Position numbers and translations under genes: made by a program | Assembly: GCF_046119375.1 (NCBI RefSeq) | Contig: NW_027362765.1 | Location: 352,532,001-352,596,000 of the forward strand | Source of the DNA: Phyllobates terribilis | Lineage: Eukaryota | Reading direction: 5' to 3' | Length of the DNA stretch: 64,000 bases | The notes under the pieces: generated by a model | The model's database searches: none | What the model was told of the DNA's origin: nothing | Seen by the model: only the letters and a program-made list of their open reading frames with translations | In this document: positions 24,861 to 35,839 of the stretch, one piece after another | How positions within the stretch are numbered: the first letter of the stretch is position 1 | How the letters are laid out: each line of letters begins with the position of its first letter

Positions 24861-27800
24861 TTAGATAGCCTTTTTCTTCCCACCACTGACAGTCCCAACC
24901 TCTTCCTCCGATAATGACGAGTTTTTAGTGCGCTTAAGACAAACAGACTCATCCATTCTCTCCTTACATACATTCTTGCCCTCGTCTGGTGGTCCTGGGT
25001 TAGTCGTCCCCCCAGAGGGCTTTGTATTTGCCCCCCGAGAGGAAGACCCAGCCATCTCCTGAGCCCCAACCACCTTGTCCGCAACCTCCGGCCCCGGGTC
25101 CCCACTTCCCCCCTCCAGAGGGAGGTCCTGGAGAGCCCCGAACCGGTTGGAGAGATCCACCAGAGGGGGGGCGGCTGAACCCTCCAATGGCGCTTGGATC
25201 ACGGCCAGAGAGTCAGAGGGGTCGCACTCCAAAGAGGCAGCTCGAGACCTGGTCCCCCTCCTACCTCTGGCCGTTTTTCTGTTACCCTTTTTCTTTTTCT
25301 GTGACCACTCCCCCTCTCCCTCATCTAGACTGTCTCCAGAAGAGGGTTCCTGGGAAGACGTGGCGTCCTCTCGCTCTTCCCTTTCAAGTCTCTTGACTTC
25401 CTCGCTCAATTCGCTGTCTTTAGGATCTTCAGCTGCAAGTGAAGTACCTGGGTCAGAGTTTAGGGACATTACTCCCTGCCCCCTGTCCCCACGGCGCTTC
25501 TCCTGCCGCCTGATGGTGGATGGCGGCAGCTTGCTCCTCGCCGGTTCCCTGCCTCCCCCGCCCCTACTGGTCCCTTTACCGGCAAGATTAGTTCCAGCTT
25601 TCGCCTGTCCCGCACTCGCCGCTTTCAGGACCGCATTGGCAAAGGAACGCGGACAGCGACTGAACGGGTGACCGAGGTCACCACACAAGTTACACCTAAT
25701 CCTGCGACAGGCAGCAGCAAGATGACCGAGGTCCCCACACAGTGCGCATTTCTGGGTGGTACACTGCGCACTGAAGTGTGTAGGACTACCGCACCTGTGA
25801 CAGACCTTAGGCTGCCCCCGGTAGAAAATCAAGATCCTATCCCTCCCCAAAAAGGTTGAGGAGGGGATATGGGTAACAGTGTTTCCCGAAACCTTCAATC
25901 TCACCATGAAGGTCCAGGCCCCTGACCAGATACCATGGTCATCCAGATTCTTTTCGGGAATATTGGTGACCTCTCCGTATCGACTCACCCAGGTGGTAAT
26001 GTCCATACAGGAAAGCGACTCGTTACTAGTCAAAACGGTCACTTTCCTGACTGAATCTTGGCGGGTTATTGCCAGGGGAAAGAGACCATGCCATTCGGGG
26101 CGACTCCGAGCCAGCTCATGGCGAGACCAGAAAAGCTCAAGGCCCTCCGGTCTCACGAAGCTGACATCGAAGTAGGAGGTCCCGTAGGGATGGATCAAGG
26201 CAAAGATGTCATATGCCGCAAAGCCCATCCCCAGCAGGAGCTCAACCACCTTCGACCTATCAGGACAGGCATCCTTGCTTACCCACTGGAGACGGACCAC
26301 GTTCCTACGGTTATTCCTCTGCCCCGTTGTCGGCAGAGACCAGACAGTCTCTGCCCCTCTATCTCGGAAGGCTGAAAGACCATGTCTCTCTATCCAGAAA
26401 GACAGATCAACCTCCCTCCCCTCTACAGTGATGGAGCTCTCCCTTCTCCTCAGGGCGTCCAGGAGCTGCTGTTGCAAGTCACCATCCCCAGGGCCACCAG
26501 ACGAGGGCGCACTACTACCCCCAGCACTGACAGCTCCTGAATAGCTTTGGGCTGAAGCCCCCGCCAATCCTGGGGGGGCAGCGGGACCAGCACCTACTTC
26601 CCCCCCACCAACACCAGTGCTGCTCCCACCATTCACTCCAGTACTAGTCACATCATTCGCAGGACCATTACTCCCATCGTTCACTCCACTACTACTCACA
26701 CCATTCGCAGGACCATTACTCCCATCATTCATTACACCACTACCCCCAACATTTGCTGCACCACAACTCCCATCATTCCCACAACTCCCAGAATTCATTC
26801 CACCACTACCCCCACCATTTGCTACATCATCATTCACTGCACCACTACCCCCACCATTTGCTGCATCATCATTCACTGTACCACTAATTCCACCATTCCT
26901 ACTACTCTCATCATCTGCTCCACCATTACTGTCACCATCTGCTCCACCATTACTCCCATCATTCACTGCACCACTATTTCCATTCCCTTTACTTGTCACC
27001 CCATTACCTCTGCTGTTCTCTGCACCTTCCACAGTCACCTCCATTCCTTCCTCCCTTGTGTCTGGTGTCTCTGCACTCACACCTGCTGGGCCGGGGGAGG
27101 GGAGCACTCCCAGAGACTCCTTTCCCTGCAGCACCACACCCGTTTCCCTTTGGTTGCTGCTGGCTTTCTGCAGGTCGTCTCCTGGAGCGCCCCGCCCCCC
27201 TACTGCAGCATTTTGGTCCTTGTTCTGGCCAGACTGTTTTATCAGCACCTCTGCCCGCCCTGCACCCACAGACTTTGGGGTCTTAGTGTCCTTTTTGGGC
27301 GCTGGGGCACACTGCCCCCCTGTCGCAGCAGTGTGCCCAGTGTTCTTTGCTGATGTGTTTTTCACATCCTTTCCTGCCCCCCCAGTCCCGGTGATAACCG
27401 GCTTAGCCGCAGAGGGCAGGGTGGGAAACTCCACAGAACTTCCTATGTCCGGCGCTGTGAGTACCTCCACAGCCTCGCCCCCTGCACTGTTCCCCGCACA
27501 GATGGCAGCATCGCCGGACGTCCTCCTCCTCTCCCCACCTTGCCTCTGCCTCGAGCCCACTGCAGAGCCCGTGCCTTTAGGCTTGGTGGGGTTTAAACAG
27601 AAGGTGGCAGGCGCAACATCAGACATTGGTACATACTTGTAACTCACCACCTCCTGTGCAGCTCCTCCGGTCTTCCTCTTCCTCCTCTTGGTCTCCTCCA
27701 CTGGTTTGTCCTCACCGAAGGAAAACCGCGTCAGGTCCACTGGAGACTCCAGCAGTCGGATCTCCCTCAGCAGTCCTCCTTCCTCCTCCTCCCCCGACAC

Positions 27801-28457
27801 TCCAGCCTCTGCTGTCGGAGTCCTCTGCCCTGCAGGGAGACCACTGGAACTCCGGCTCTGCCCCTCACTGGCTCCAGCAACTGAGACTCCAGTCACCTCT
27901 TCATCCTCCTCCTCCTCTTCACTAAGGACGCCGGCTGGCGGTTCTCCTGAGGTGTTTAACCCCTTCATTTCTGAGAACCGCCGCTGGTTCTTAAACCTCT
28001 CCAGGAAGGGACCTGCACTTTTCTCAATCCCCTCCCGGAGGAGCACTAACCTGACCACCTCGTCTCTGAGGGCTTTAAACCTCTGGGAGGTCGCGGGTCT
28101 CTCCTTGTTGGACGCCCGGGTGTTCAGGACCCGGGCCTCCCTCAGCTCCTCTTTCAGCTGGGTTAGTGCTTTGCCGGCGTCCTCGTACTCTCGCAACGTG
28201 GCGACCACTCGGGAGGAGAAGGAACTTGTGGACTCGCTGGAGCTCATCTGCCCCCAGGATCTTACTGGGCTCTTGTTCCTGGGGCCTGGGGTGCCCCGGT
28301 CTCCCTCTCTGGGCTGGCGGTGAACAGTCTTGGGGTTGGAGCAGGTGGATGTACTCTTCCTCACCCTTCCCGATCTCCTCACTCCCTCCTGGGCCGGTTG
28401 TTGAGGCTCCTTCTCCCTCGCCGGCATAGACCGGGGGATAGGAGGCTGGGAAGCCAT
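24861..28457 (-). CDS. ORF1 of copy B (1198 aa), intact: coiled-coil/acidic N-terminus, G/N/S-rich region, RRM-like region, three CCHC knuckles
   Basis: Open ATG-to-TAA; knuckles CHRCGSPTHFSAQC, CALCGDLGHLAAAC and CNLCGDLGHPFSRC; lies directly upstream of ORF2. Confidence 0.92.
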   Translation of the reverse strand: MASQPPIPRSMPAREKEPQQPAQEGVRRSGRVRKSTSTCSNPKTVHRQPREGDRGTPGPRNKSPVRSWGQMSSSESTSSFSSRVVATLREYEDAGKALTQLKEELREARVLNTRASNKERPATSQRFKALRDEVVRLVLLREGIEKSAGPFLERFKNQRRFSEMKGLNTSGEPPAGVLSEEEEEDEEVTGVSVAGASEGQSRSSSGLPAGQRTPTAEAGVSGEEEEGGLLREIRLLESPVDLTRFSFGEDKPVEETKRRKRKTGGAAQEVVSYKYVPMSDVAPATFCLNPTKPKGTGSAVGSRQRQGGERRRTSGDAAICAGNSAGGEAVEVLTAPDIGSSVEFPTLPSAAKPVITGTGGAGKDVKNTSAKNTGHTAATGGQCAPAPKKDTKTPKSVGAGRAEVLIKQSGQNKDQNAAVGGRGAPGDDLQKASSNQRETGVVLQGKESLGVLPSPGPAGVSAETPDTREEGMEVTVEGAENSRGNGVTSKGNGNSGAVNDGSNGGADGDSNGGADDESSRNGGISGTVNDDAANGGGSGAVNDDVANGGGSGGMNSGSCGNDGSCGAANVGGSGVMNDGSNGPANGVSSSGVNDGSNGPANDVTSTGVNGGSSTGVGGGEVGAGPAAPPGLAGASAQSYSGAVSAGGSSAPSSGGPGDGDLQQQLLDALRRRESSITVEGREVDLSFWIERHGLSAFRDRGAETVWSLPTTGQRNNRRNVVRLQWVSKDACPDRSKVVELLLGMGFAAYDIFALIHPYGTSYFDVSFVRPEGLELFWSRHELARSRPEWHGLFPLAITRQDSVRKVTVLTSNESLSCMDITTWVSRYGEVTNIPEKNLDDHGIWSGAWTFMVRLKVSGNTVTHIPSSTFLGRDRILIFYRGQPKVCHRCGSPTHFSAQCTTQKCALCGDLGHLAAACRRIRCNLCGDLGHPFSRCPRSFANAVLKAASAGQAKAGTNLAGKGTSRGGGGREPARSKLPPSTIRRQEKRRGDRGQGVMSLNSDPGTSLAAEDPKDSELSEEVKRLEREEREDATSSQEPSSGDSLDEGEGEWSQKKKKGNRKTARGRRGTRSRAASLECDPSDSLAVIQAPLEGSAAPPLVDLSNRFGALQDLPLEGGSGDPGPEVADKVVGAQEMAGSSSRGANTKPSGGTTNPGPPDEGKNVCKERMDESVCLKRTKNSSLSEEEVGTVSGGKKKAI

Positions 28458-28556
28458 GCGTGCCTCCCAGTAGGCCTGCCTCTCCCTGGGGAGAAGAGAG
28501 GCAGACGACGACCCTCCTCCTGGAAGTGCTTGAGCTCAGGAGGCAGGTGCTACTCT

Positions 28557-31155
28557 CAGCACCACTCCTCCTGTCCTGTGTGTATACACTGCACAGTACC
28601 ACTCCTCCTGTCCTGTATATATACACTGCACAGTACCACTCCTCCTGTATATACACTGCACAGTGCCACTCCTCCTGCCCTGTATATATACACTGCACAG
28701 TACCACTCCTCCTGTATATATACACTGCACAGTACCACTCCTCCTGTCCTGTATATATACACTGCACAGTACCACTCCTCCTGTATATATACACTGCACA
28801 GTACCACTCCTCCTGTCCTGTATATATACACTGCACAGTACCACTCCTCCTGTATATATACACTGCACAGTACCACTCCTCCTGTATATATACACTGCAC
28901 AGTACCACTCCTCCTGTCCTGTATATATACACTGCACAGTACCACTCCTCCTGTATATATACACTGCACAGTACCACTCCTCCTGTCCTGTATATATACA
29001 CTGCACAGTACCACTCCTCCTGTATATATACACTGCACAGTACCACTCCTCCTGTATATATACACTGCACAGTACCACTCCTCCTGTCCTGTATATATAC
29101 ACTGCACAGTACCACTCCTCCTGTATATATACACTGCACAGTACCACTCCTCCTGTCCTGTATATATACACTGCACAGTACCACTCCTCCTGTATATATA
29201 CACTGCACAGTACCCCTCCTCCTGTCCTGTATATATACACTGCACAGTACCACTCCTCCTGTATATATACACTGCACAGTACCACTCCTCCTGTATATAC
29301 ACTGCACAGTACCACTCCTCCTGTACATATACACTGCACAGTACCACTCCTCCTGTCCTGTATATATACACTGCACAGTACCACTCCTCCTGTATATATA
29401 CACTGCACAGTACCCCTCCTCCTGTCCTGTATATATACACTGCACAGTACCACTCCTCCTGTATATATACACTGCACAGTACCACTCCTCCTGTCCTGTA
29501 TATATACACTGCACAGTACCACTCCTCCTGTATATATACACTGCACAGTACCCCTCCTCCTGTCTTGTGTATATATACACTGCACAGTACCACTCCTCCT
29601 GTATATATACACTGCACAGTACCACTCCTCCTGTCCTGTATATATACACTGCACAGTACCACTGCTCCTGTCCTGTATATATACACTGCACAGTACCACT
29701 CCTCCTGTCCTGTATATATACACTGCACAGTACCACTCCTCCTGTATATATACACTGCACAGTACCCCTCCTCCTGTCCTGTATATATACACTGCACAGT
29801 ACCACTCCTCCTGTATATATACACTGCACAGTACCACTCCTCCTGTCCTGTATATATACACTGCACAGTACCACTCCTCCTGTATATATACACTGCACAG
29901 TACCCCTCCTCCTGTCCTGTATATATACACTGCACAGTACCACTCCTCCTGTATATATACACTGCACAGTACCACTCCTCCTGTCCTGTATATATACACT
30001 GCACAGTACCACTGCTCCTGTCCTGTATATATACACTGCACAGTACCACTCCTCCTGTCCTGTATATATACACTGCACAGTACCACTCCTCCTGTATATA
30101 TACACTGCACAGTACCCCTCCTCCTGTCCTGTATATATACACTGCACAGTACCACTCCTCCTGTATATATACACTGCACAGTACCACTCCTCCTGTCCTG
30201 TATATATACACTGCACAGTACCACTCCTCCTGTATATATACACTGCACAGTACCCCTCCTCCTGTCCTGTATATATACACTGCACAGTACCACTCCTCCT
30301 GTATATATACACTGCACAGTACCACTCCTCCTGTCCTGTATATATACACTGCACAGTACCACTCCTCCTGTCCAGTATATATACACTGCACAGTACCACT
30401 CCTCCTGTCCTGTATATATACACTGCACAGTACCACTCCTCCTGTATATATACACTGCACAGTACCCCTCCTCCTGTCCTGTATATATACACTGCACAGT
30501 ACCACTCCTCCTGTATATATACACTGCACAGTACCACTCCTCCTGTCCTGTATATATACACTGCACAGTACCACTCCTCCTGTCCTGTATATATACACTG
30601 CACAGTACCACTCCTCCTGTCCTGTATATACACACTGCACAGTACCACTCCTCCTGTCCTGTATATATACACTGCACAGTACCACTCCTCCTGTCCTGTA
30701 TATATACACTGCACAGTACCACTCCTCCTGTCCTGTATATATACACTGCACAGTACCACTGCTCCTGTTCTGTATATATACACTGCACAGTACCACTCCT
30801 CCTGTCCTGTATATATACACTGCACAGTACCACTCCTCCTGTATATATACACTGCACAGTACCACTGCTCCTGTCCTGTATATATACACTGCACAGTACC
30901 ACTCCTCCTGTCCTGTATATATACACTGCACAGTACCACTCCTCCTGTATATATACACTGCACAGTACCACTCCTCCTGTCCTGTATATATACACTGCAC
31001 AGTACCACTCCTCCTGTCCTGTATATATACACTGCACAGTACCACTCCTCCTGTATATATACACTGCACAGTACCACTGCTCCTGTCCTGTATATATACA
31101 CTGCACAGTACCACTCCTCCTGTCCTGTATATATACACTGCACGGTACCACTTCT
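28557..31155 (-). repeat. Minisatellite A array, 5' flank of copy B
   Basis: About 75 reverse-complement units of 32/37 bp. Confidence 0.97.
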
Positions 31156-31491
31156 CCAGTAATTTGTTGCACAGATTCAGATCATAGAGGAAAAAAAAGT
31201 CTTTAACAAAACTGAAGTAAAGAATCCTGTGTAAATATTCAGTGCGAGGACGAGACGACAGATCTGTGGAAATATCTGCAGCTCAATGTGTTTTACAGAT
31301 TCTCGCTGAAATCCCACCTGGAGTCTCGCAGCGACTGATTAAATGCTATTAGGAGCACAGTAAAAATCCCGCTAGGAAGGAACGTCTCACAGGAGAGGAG
31401 AGGTGAAAAGAAAACGCAACGTCTTAATGTTTTCACAGAAATAATGAGAATCATGATAATATAATATTACCGAAAAATGCTGAGAAAAGCA

Positions 31492-32081
31492 TACAAGACA
31501 AGGGAGAAGTGGTACTGTGCAGTGTATATATACAGGAGGAGTGGTACTGTGCAGTGTATATATACAGGACAGGAGGAGTGGTGCTGTGCAGGGTATATAT
31601 ACAAGACAAGGGAGAAGTGGTACTGTGCAGTGTATATATACAGGAGGAGTGGTACTGTGCAGTGTATGTACAGGACAGGAGGAGTGGTACTGTGCAGTGT
31701 ATATATACAAGACAAGGGAGAAGTGGTGCTGTGCAGTGTATATATAGAGGAGGAGTGGTACTGTGCAGTGTATATATACAGGACAGGAGCAGTGGTACTG
31801 TGCAGTGTATATATACAGGACAGGAGGAGTGGTACTGTGCAGTGTATATATACAGGAGGAGTGGTACTGTGCAGTGTATATATAGAGGAGGAGTGGTACT
31901 GTGCAGTGTATATATACAGGACAGGAGAAGTGGTACTGTGCAGTGTATATATACAGGACTGGAGGAGTAGTACTGTGCAGTGTATATATACAGGACAGAA
32001 GTGGTACTGTGCAGTATATATACAGGACAGGAGGAGTGGTACTGTGCAGTGTACACACACAGGACAGGAGGAGTGGTGCTG
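31492..32081 (+). repeat. Minisatellite A array, 5' flank of copy C
   Basis: Plus-strand units with CAAGACAAGGGAGAAG and TAGAGGAGGAG variants. Confidence 0.95.
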
Positions 32082-32180
32082 AGAGTAGCACCTGCCTCCT
32101 GAGCTCAAGCACTTCCAGGAGGAGGGTCGTCGTCTGCCTCTCTTCTCCCCAGGGAGAGGCAGGCCTACTGGGAGGCCGGC

Positions 32181-35100
32181 ATGGCTTCCCAGCCTCCTAT
32201 TCCCCGGTCTATGCCGACCTGGGAGAAGGAGCCTCAACAACCGGCCCAGGAGGGAGTGAGGAGATCGGGAAGGGTGAGGAAGAACACATCCACCTGCTCC
32301 AACCCCGAGACTGTTCACCGCCAGCCCAGAGAGGGAGACCGGGGCACCCCAGGCCCCAGGAACAAGAGCCCAGCAAGATCCTGGGGGGAGATGAGCTCCA
32401 GCGAGTCCACAAGTTCCTTCTCCTCCCGAGTGGTCGCCACGTTGTGAGAGTACGAGGACGCCGGCAAAGCACTAACCCAGCTGAAAGAGGAGCTGAGGGA
32501 GGCCCGGGTCCTGAACACCCAGGCGTCCAACAAGGAGAGACCCGCGACCTCCCAGAGGTTTAAAGCCCTCAGAGACGAGGTGGTCAGGTTAGTGCTCCTC
32601 CGGGAGGGGATTGAGAAAAGCGCAGGTCCCTTCCTGGAGAGGTTTAAGAACCAGCGGCAGTTCTCAGAAATGAAGGTGTTAAACACCTCAGGAGAACCGC
32701 CAGCCGGCGTCCTTAGTGAAGAGGAGGAGGAGGATGAAGAGGTGACTGGAGTCTCAGTTGCTGGAGCCAGTGAGGGGCAGAGCCGGAGTTCCAGTGGTCT
32801 CCCTGCAGGGCAGAGGACTCCGACAGCAGAGGCTGGAGTGTCGGGGGAGGAGGAGGAAGGAGGACTGCTGAGGGAGATCCGACTGCTGGAAGAGGAGGAA
32901 GGAGGACTGCTGGGCGAGGAGGAGGAAGGAGGACTGCTGAGGGAGATCCGACTGCTGGAGTCACCAGTGGACCTGACGCGGTTTTCCTTCGGTGAGGACA
33001 AACCAGTGGAGGAGACCAAGAGGAGGAAGAGGAAGACCGGAGGAGCTGCACAGGAGGTGGTGAGTTACAAGTATGTACCAATGTCTGATGTTGCGCCTGC
33101 CACCTCCTGTGTAAACCCCACCAAACCTAAAGGCACGGGCTCTGCAGTGGGCTCGAGGCAGAGGCAAGGTGGGGAGAGGAGGAGGACGTCCGGCGATGCT
33201 GCCATCTGTGCGGGGAACAGTGCAGGGGGCGAGGCTGTGGAGGTACTCACAGCGCCGGACATAGGAAGTTCTGTGGAGTTTCCCACCCTGCCCTCTGCGG
33301 CTAAGCCGGTTATCACCGGGGCCGGGGGGGCAGGGAAGGATGTGAAAAACACATCTGCAAAGAACACTTGGCACACTGCTGCGACAGGGGGGCAGTGTGC
33401 CCAAGCGCCCAAAAAGGACACTAAGACCCCAAAGTCTGTGGGTGCAGGGCGGGCAGAGGTGCCGAGAAAACAGTCTGGCCAGAACAAGGACCAAAATGCT
33501 GCAGTAGGGGGGCGGGGCGCTCCAGGAGACGACCTGCAGAAAGCCAGCAGCAACCAAAGGGAAACGGGTGTGGTGCTGCAGGGAAAAGAGTCTCTGGGAG
33601 TGCTCCCCTCCCCCGGCCCAGCAGGTGTGAGTGCAGAGACACCAGACACAAGGGAGGAAGGAATGGAGGTGACTGTGGAAGGTGCAGAGAACAGCAGAGG
33701 TAATGGGGTGACAAGTAAAGGGAATGGAAATAGTGGTGCAGTGAATGATGGGAGTAATGGTGGAGCAGATGGTGAGAGTAATGGTGGAGCAGATGATGAG
33801 AGTAGTAGGAATGGTGGAATTAGTGGTACAGTGAATGATGATGCAGCAAATGGTGGGGGTAGTGGTGCAGTGAATGATGATGTAGCAAATGGTGGGGCTA
33901 GTGGTGGAATGAATGCTGGGAGTTGTGGTGTAGCAAATGTTGGGGGTAGTGGTGTAATGAATGATGGGAGTAATGGTCCTGCGAATGGTGTGAGTAGTAG
34001 TGGAGTGAACGATGGGAGTAATGGTCCTGCGAATGGTGTGAATAGTACTGGAGTGAATGGTGGGAGCAGCACTGGTGTTGGTGGGGGGGAAGTAGGCGCT
34101 GGTCCCGCTGCCCCTCCAGCATTGGCAGGGGCTTCAGCCCAAAGCTATTCAGGAGCTGTCAGTGCTGGGGGTAGTAGTGCGCCCTCGTCTGGTGGCCCTG
34201 TGGATGGTGACTTGCAACAGCAGCTCCTGGACGCCCTGAGGAGAGGGGAGAGCTCCATCACTGTAGAGGGGAGGGAGGTTGATCTGTCTTTCTGGATAGA
34301 GAGACATGGTCTTTCAGCCTTCCGAGATAGAGGGGCAGAGACTGTCTGGTCTCTGCCGACAACGGGGCAGAGGAGTAACCGTAGGAACGTGGTCCGTCTC
34401 CAGTGGGTAAGCAAGGATTCCTGTCCTGATAGGTCGAAGGTGGTTGAGCTCCTGCTGGGGATGGGCTTTGCGGCATATGACATCTTTGCCTTGATCCATC
34501 CCTACGGGACCTCCTACTTCGATGTCAGCTTCGTGAGACCGGAGGGCCTTGAGCTTTTCTGGTCTCGCCATGAGCTGGCTCGGAGTCGCCCCGAATGGCA
34601 TGGTCTCTTTCGCCTGGCAATAACCCGCCAAGATTCAGTCAGGAAAGTGACCGTTTTGACTAGTAACGAGTCGCTTTCCTGTATGGACATTACCACCTGG
34701 GTGAGTCGATACGGAGAGGTCACCAATATTCCCGAAAAGAATCTGGATGACCATGGTATCTGGTCAGGGGCCTGGACCTTCATGGTGAGATTGAAGGTTT
34801 CGGGAAACACTGTTACCCATATCCCCTCCTCAACCTTTTTGGGGAGGGATAGGATCTTGATTTTCTACCGGGGGCAGCCTAAGGTCTGTCACAGGTGCGG
34901 TAGTCCCACACACTTCAGTGCGCAGTGTACCACCCAGAAATGCGCACTGTGTGGGGACCTTGGTCATCTTGCTGCTGCCTGTCGCAGGATTAGGTGTAAC
35001 TTGTGTGGTGACCTCGGTCACCCGTTCAGTCGCTGTCCGCGTTCCTTTGCCAATGCGGTCCTGAAAGCGGCGAGTGCGGGACAGGCGAAAGCTGGAACTA

Positions 35101-35828
35101 ATCTTGCCGGTGAAGGGACCAGTAGGGGCGGGGGAGGCAGGGAACCGGTGAGGAGCAAGCTGCCGCCATCCACCATCAGGCGGCAGGAGAAGCGCCGTGG
35201 GGACAGGGGCCAGGGAGTAATGTCCCTAAACTCTGACCCAGGTACTTCACTTGCAGCTGAGGATCCTAAAGACAGTGAATTGAGCGAGGAAGTCAAGAGA
35301 CTTGAAAGGGAAGAGCGAGAGGACGCCACGTCTTCCCAGGAACCCTCTTCTGGTGACAGTCTAGATGAGGGAGAGGGGGAGTGGTCACAGAAAAAGAAAA
35401 AGGGTAACAGAAAAACGGCCAGAGGTAGGAGGGGGACCAGGTCTCGAGCTGCCTCTTTGGAGTGCGACCCCTCTGACTCTCTGGCCGTGATCCAAGCGCC
35501 ATTGGAGGGTTCAGCCGCCCCCCCTCTGGTGGATCTCTCCAACCGGTTCATGGCTCTCCAGGACCTCCCTCTGGAGGGGGGAAGTGGGGACCCGGGGCCG
35601 GAGGTTGCAGACAAGGTGGTTGGGGCTCAGGAGATGGCTGGGTCTTCCTCTCGGGGGGCAAATACAAAGCCCTCTGGGGGGACGACTAACCCAGGACCAC
35701 CAGACGAGGGCAAGAATGTATGTAAGGAGAGAATGGACGAGTCTGTTTGTCTTAAGCGCACTAAAAACCCGTCATTATCGGAGGAAGAGGTTGGGACTGT
35801 CAGTGGTGGGAAGAAAAAGGCTATCTAA
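32181..35828 (+). pseudogene. ORF1 of copy C with a premature stop and an in-frame 69-bp duplication
   Basis: TGA at 32445-32447 where B and D have CGA; duplicated EEEEGGLL(REIRLL) segment near 32880-32950; the rest is open to 35828. Confidence 0.9.
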
Positions 35829-35839
35829 TTCAATCAATC

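Larger units (their letters stand above)
20594..28556 (-). mobile_element. Full-length Tx1-like retrotransposon, copy B (~7.96 kb)
   Basis: 99-nt 5' UTR starting AGAGTAGCACC, ORF1, 11-nt spacer, ORF2, 3' UTR ending AATAAAAAAAAGACC; both ends lie in minisatellite A. Confidence 0.96.

Noticed and set aside
26617-27642. Antisense ORF of about 340 aa (MLLPPFTP...) conserved in copies B, C and D
   Set aside because: It is the shadow of the low-complexity ORF1 region in near-identical copies; conservation is expected without selection
33725-33880. Resemblance of the ORF1 repeat DNA (AGTGGTGCAGTGAATGATG) to minisatellite A (AGTGGTACTGTGCAGTG)
   Set aside because: Only two 6-mers are shared and Gly/Ala/Val codon usage explains them
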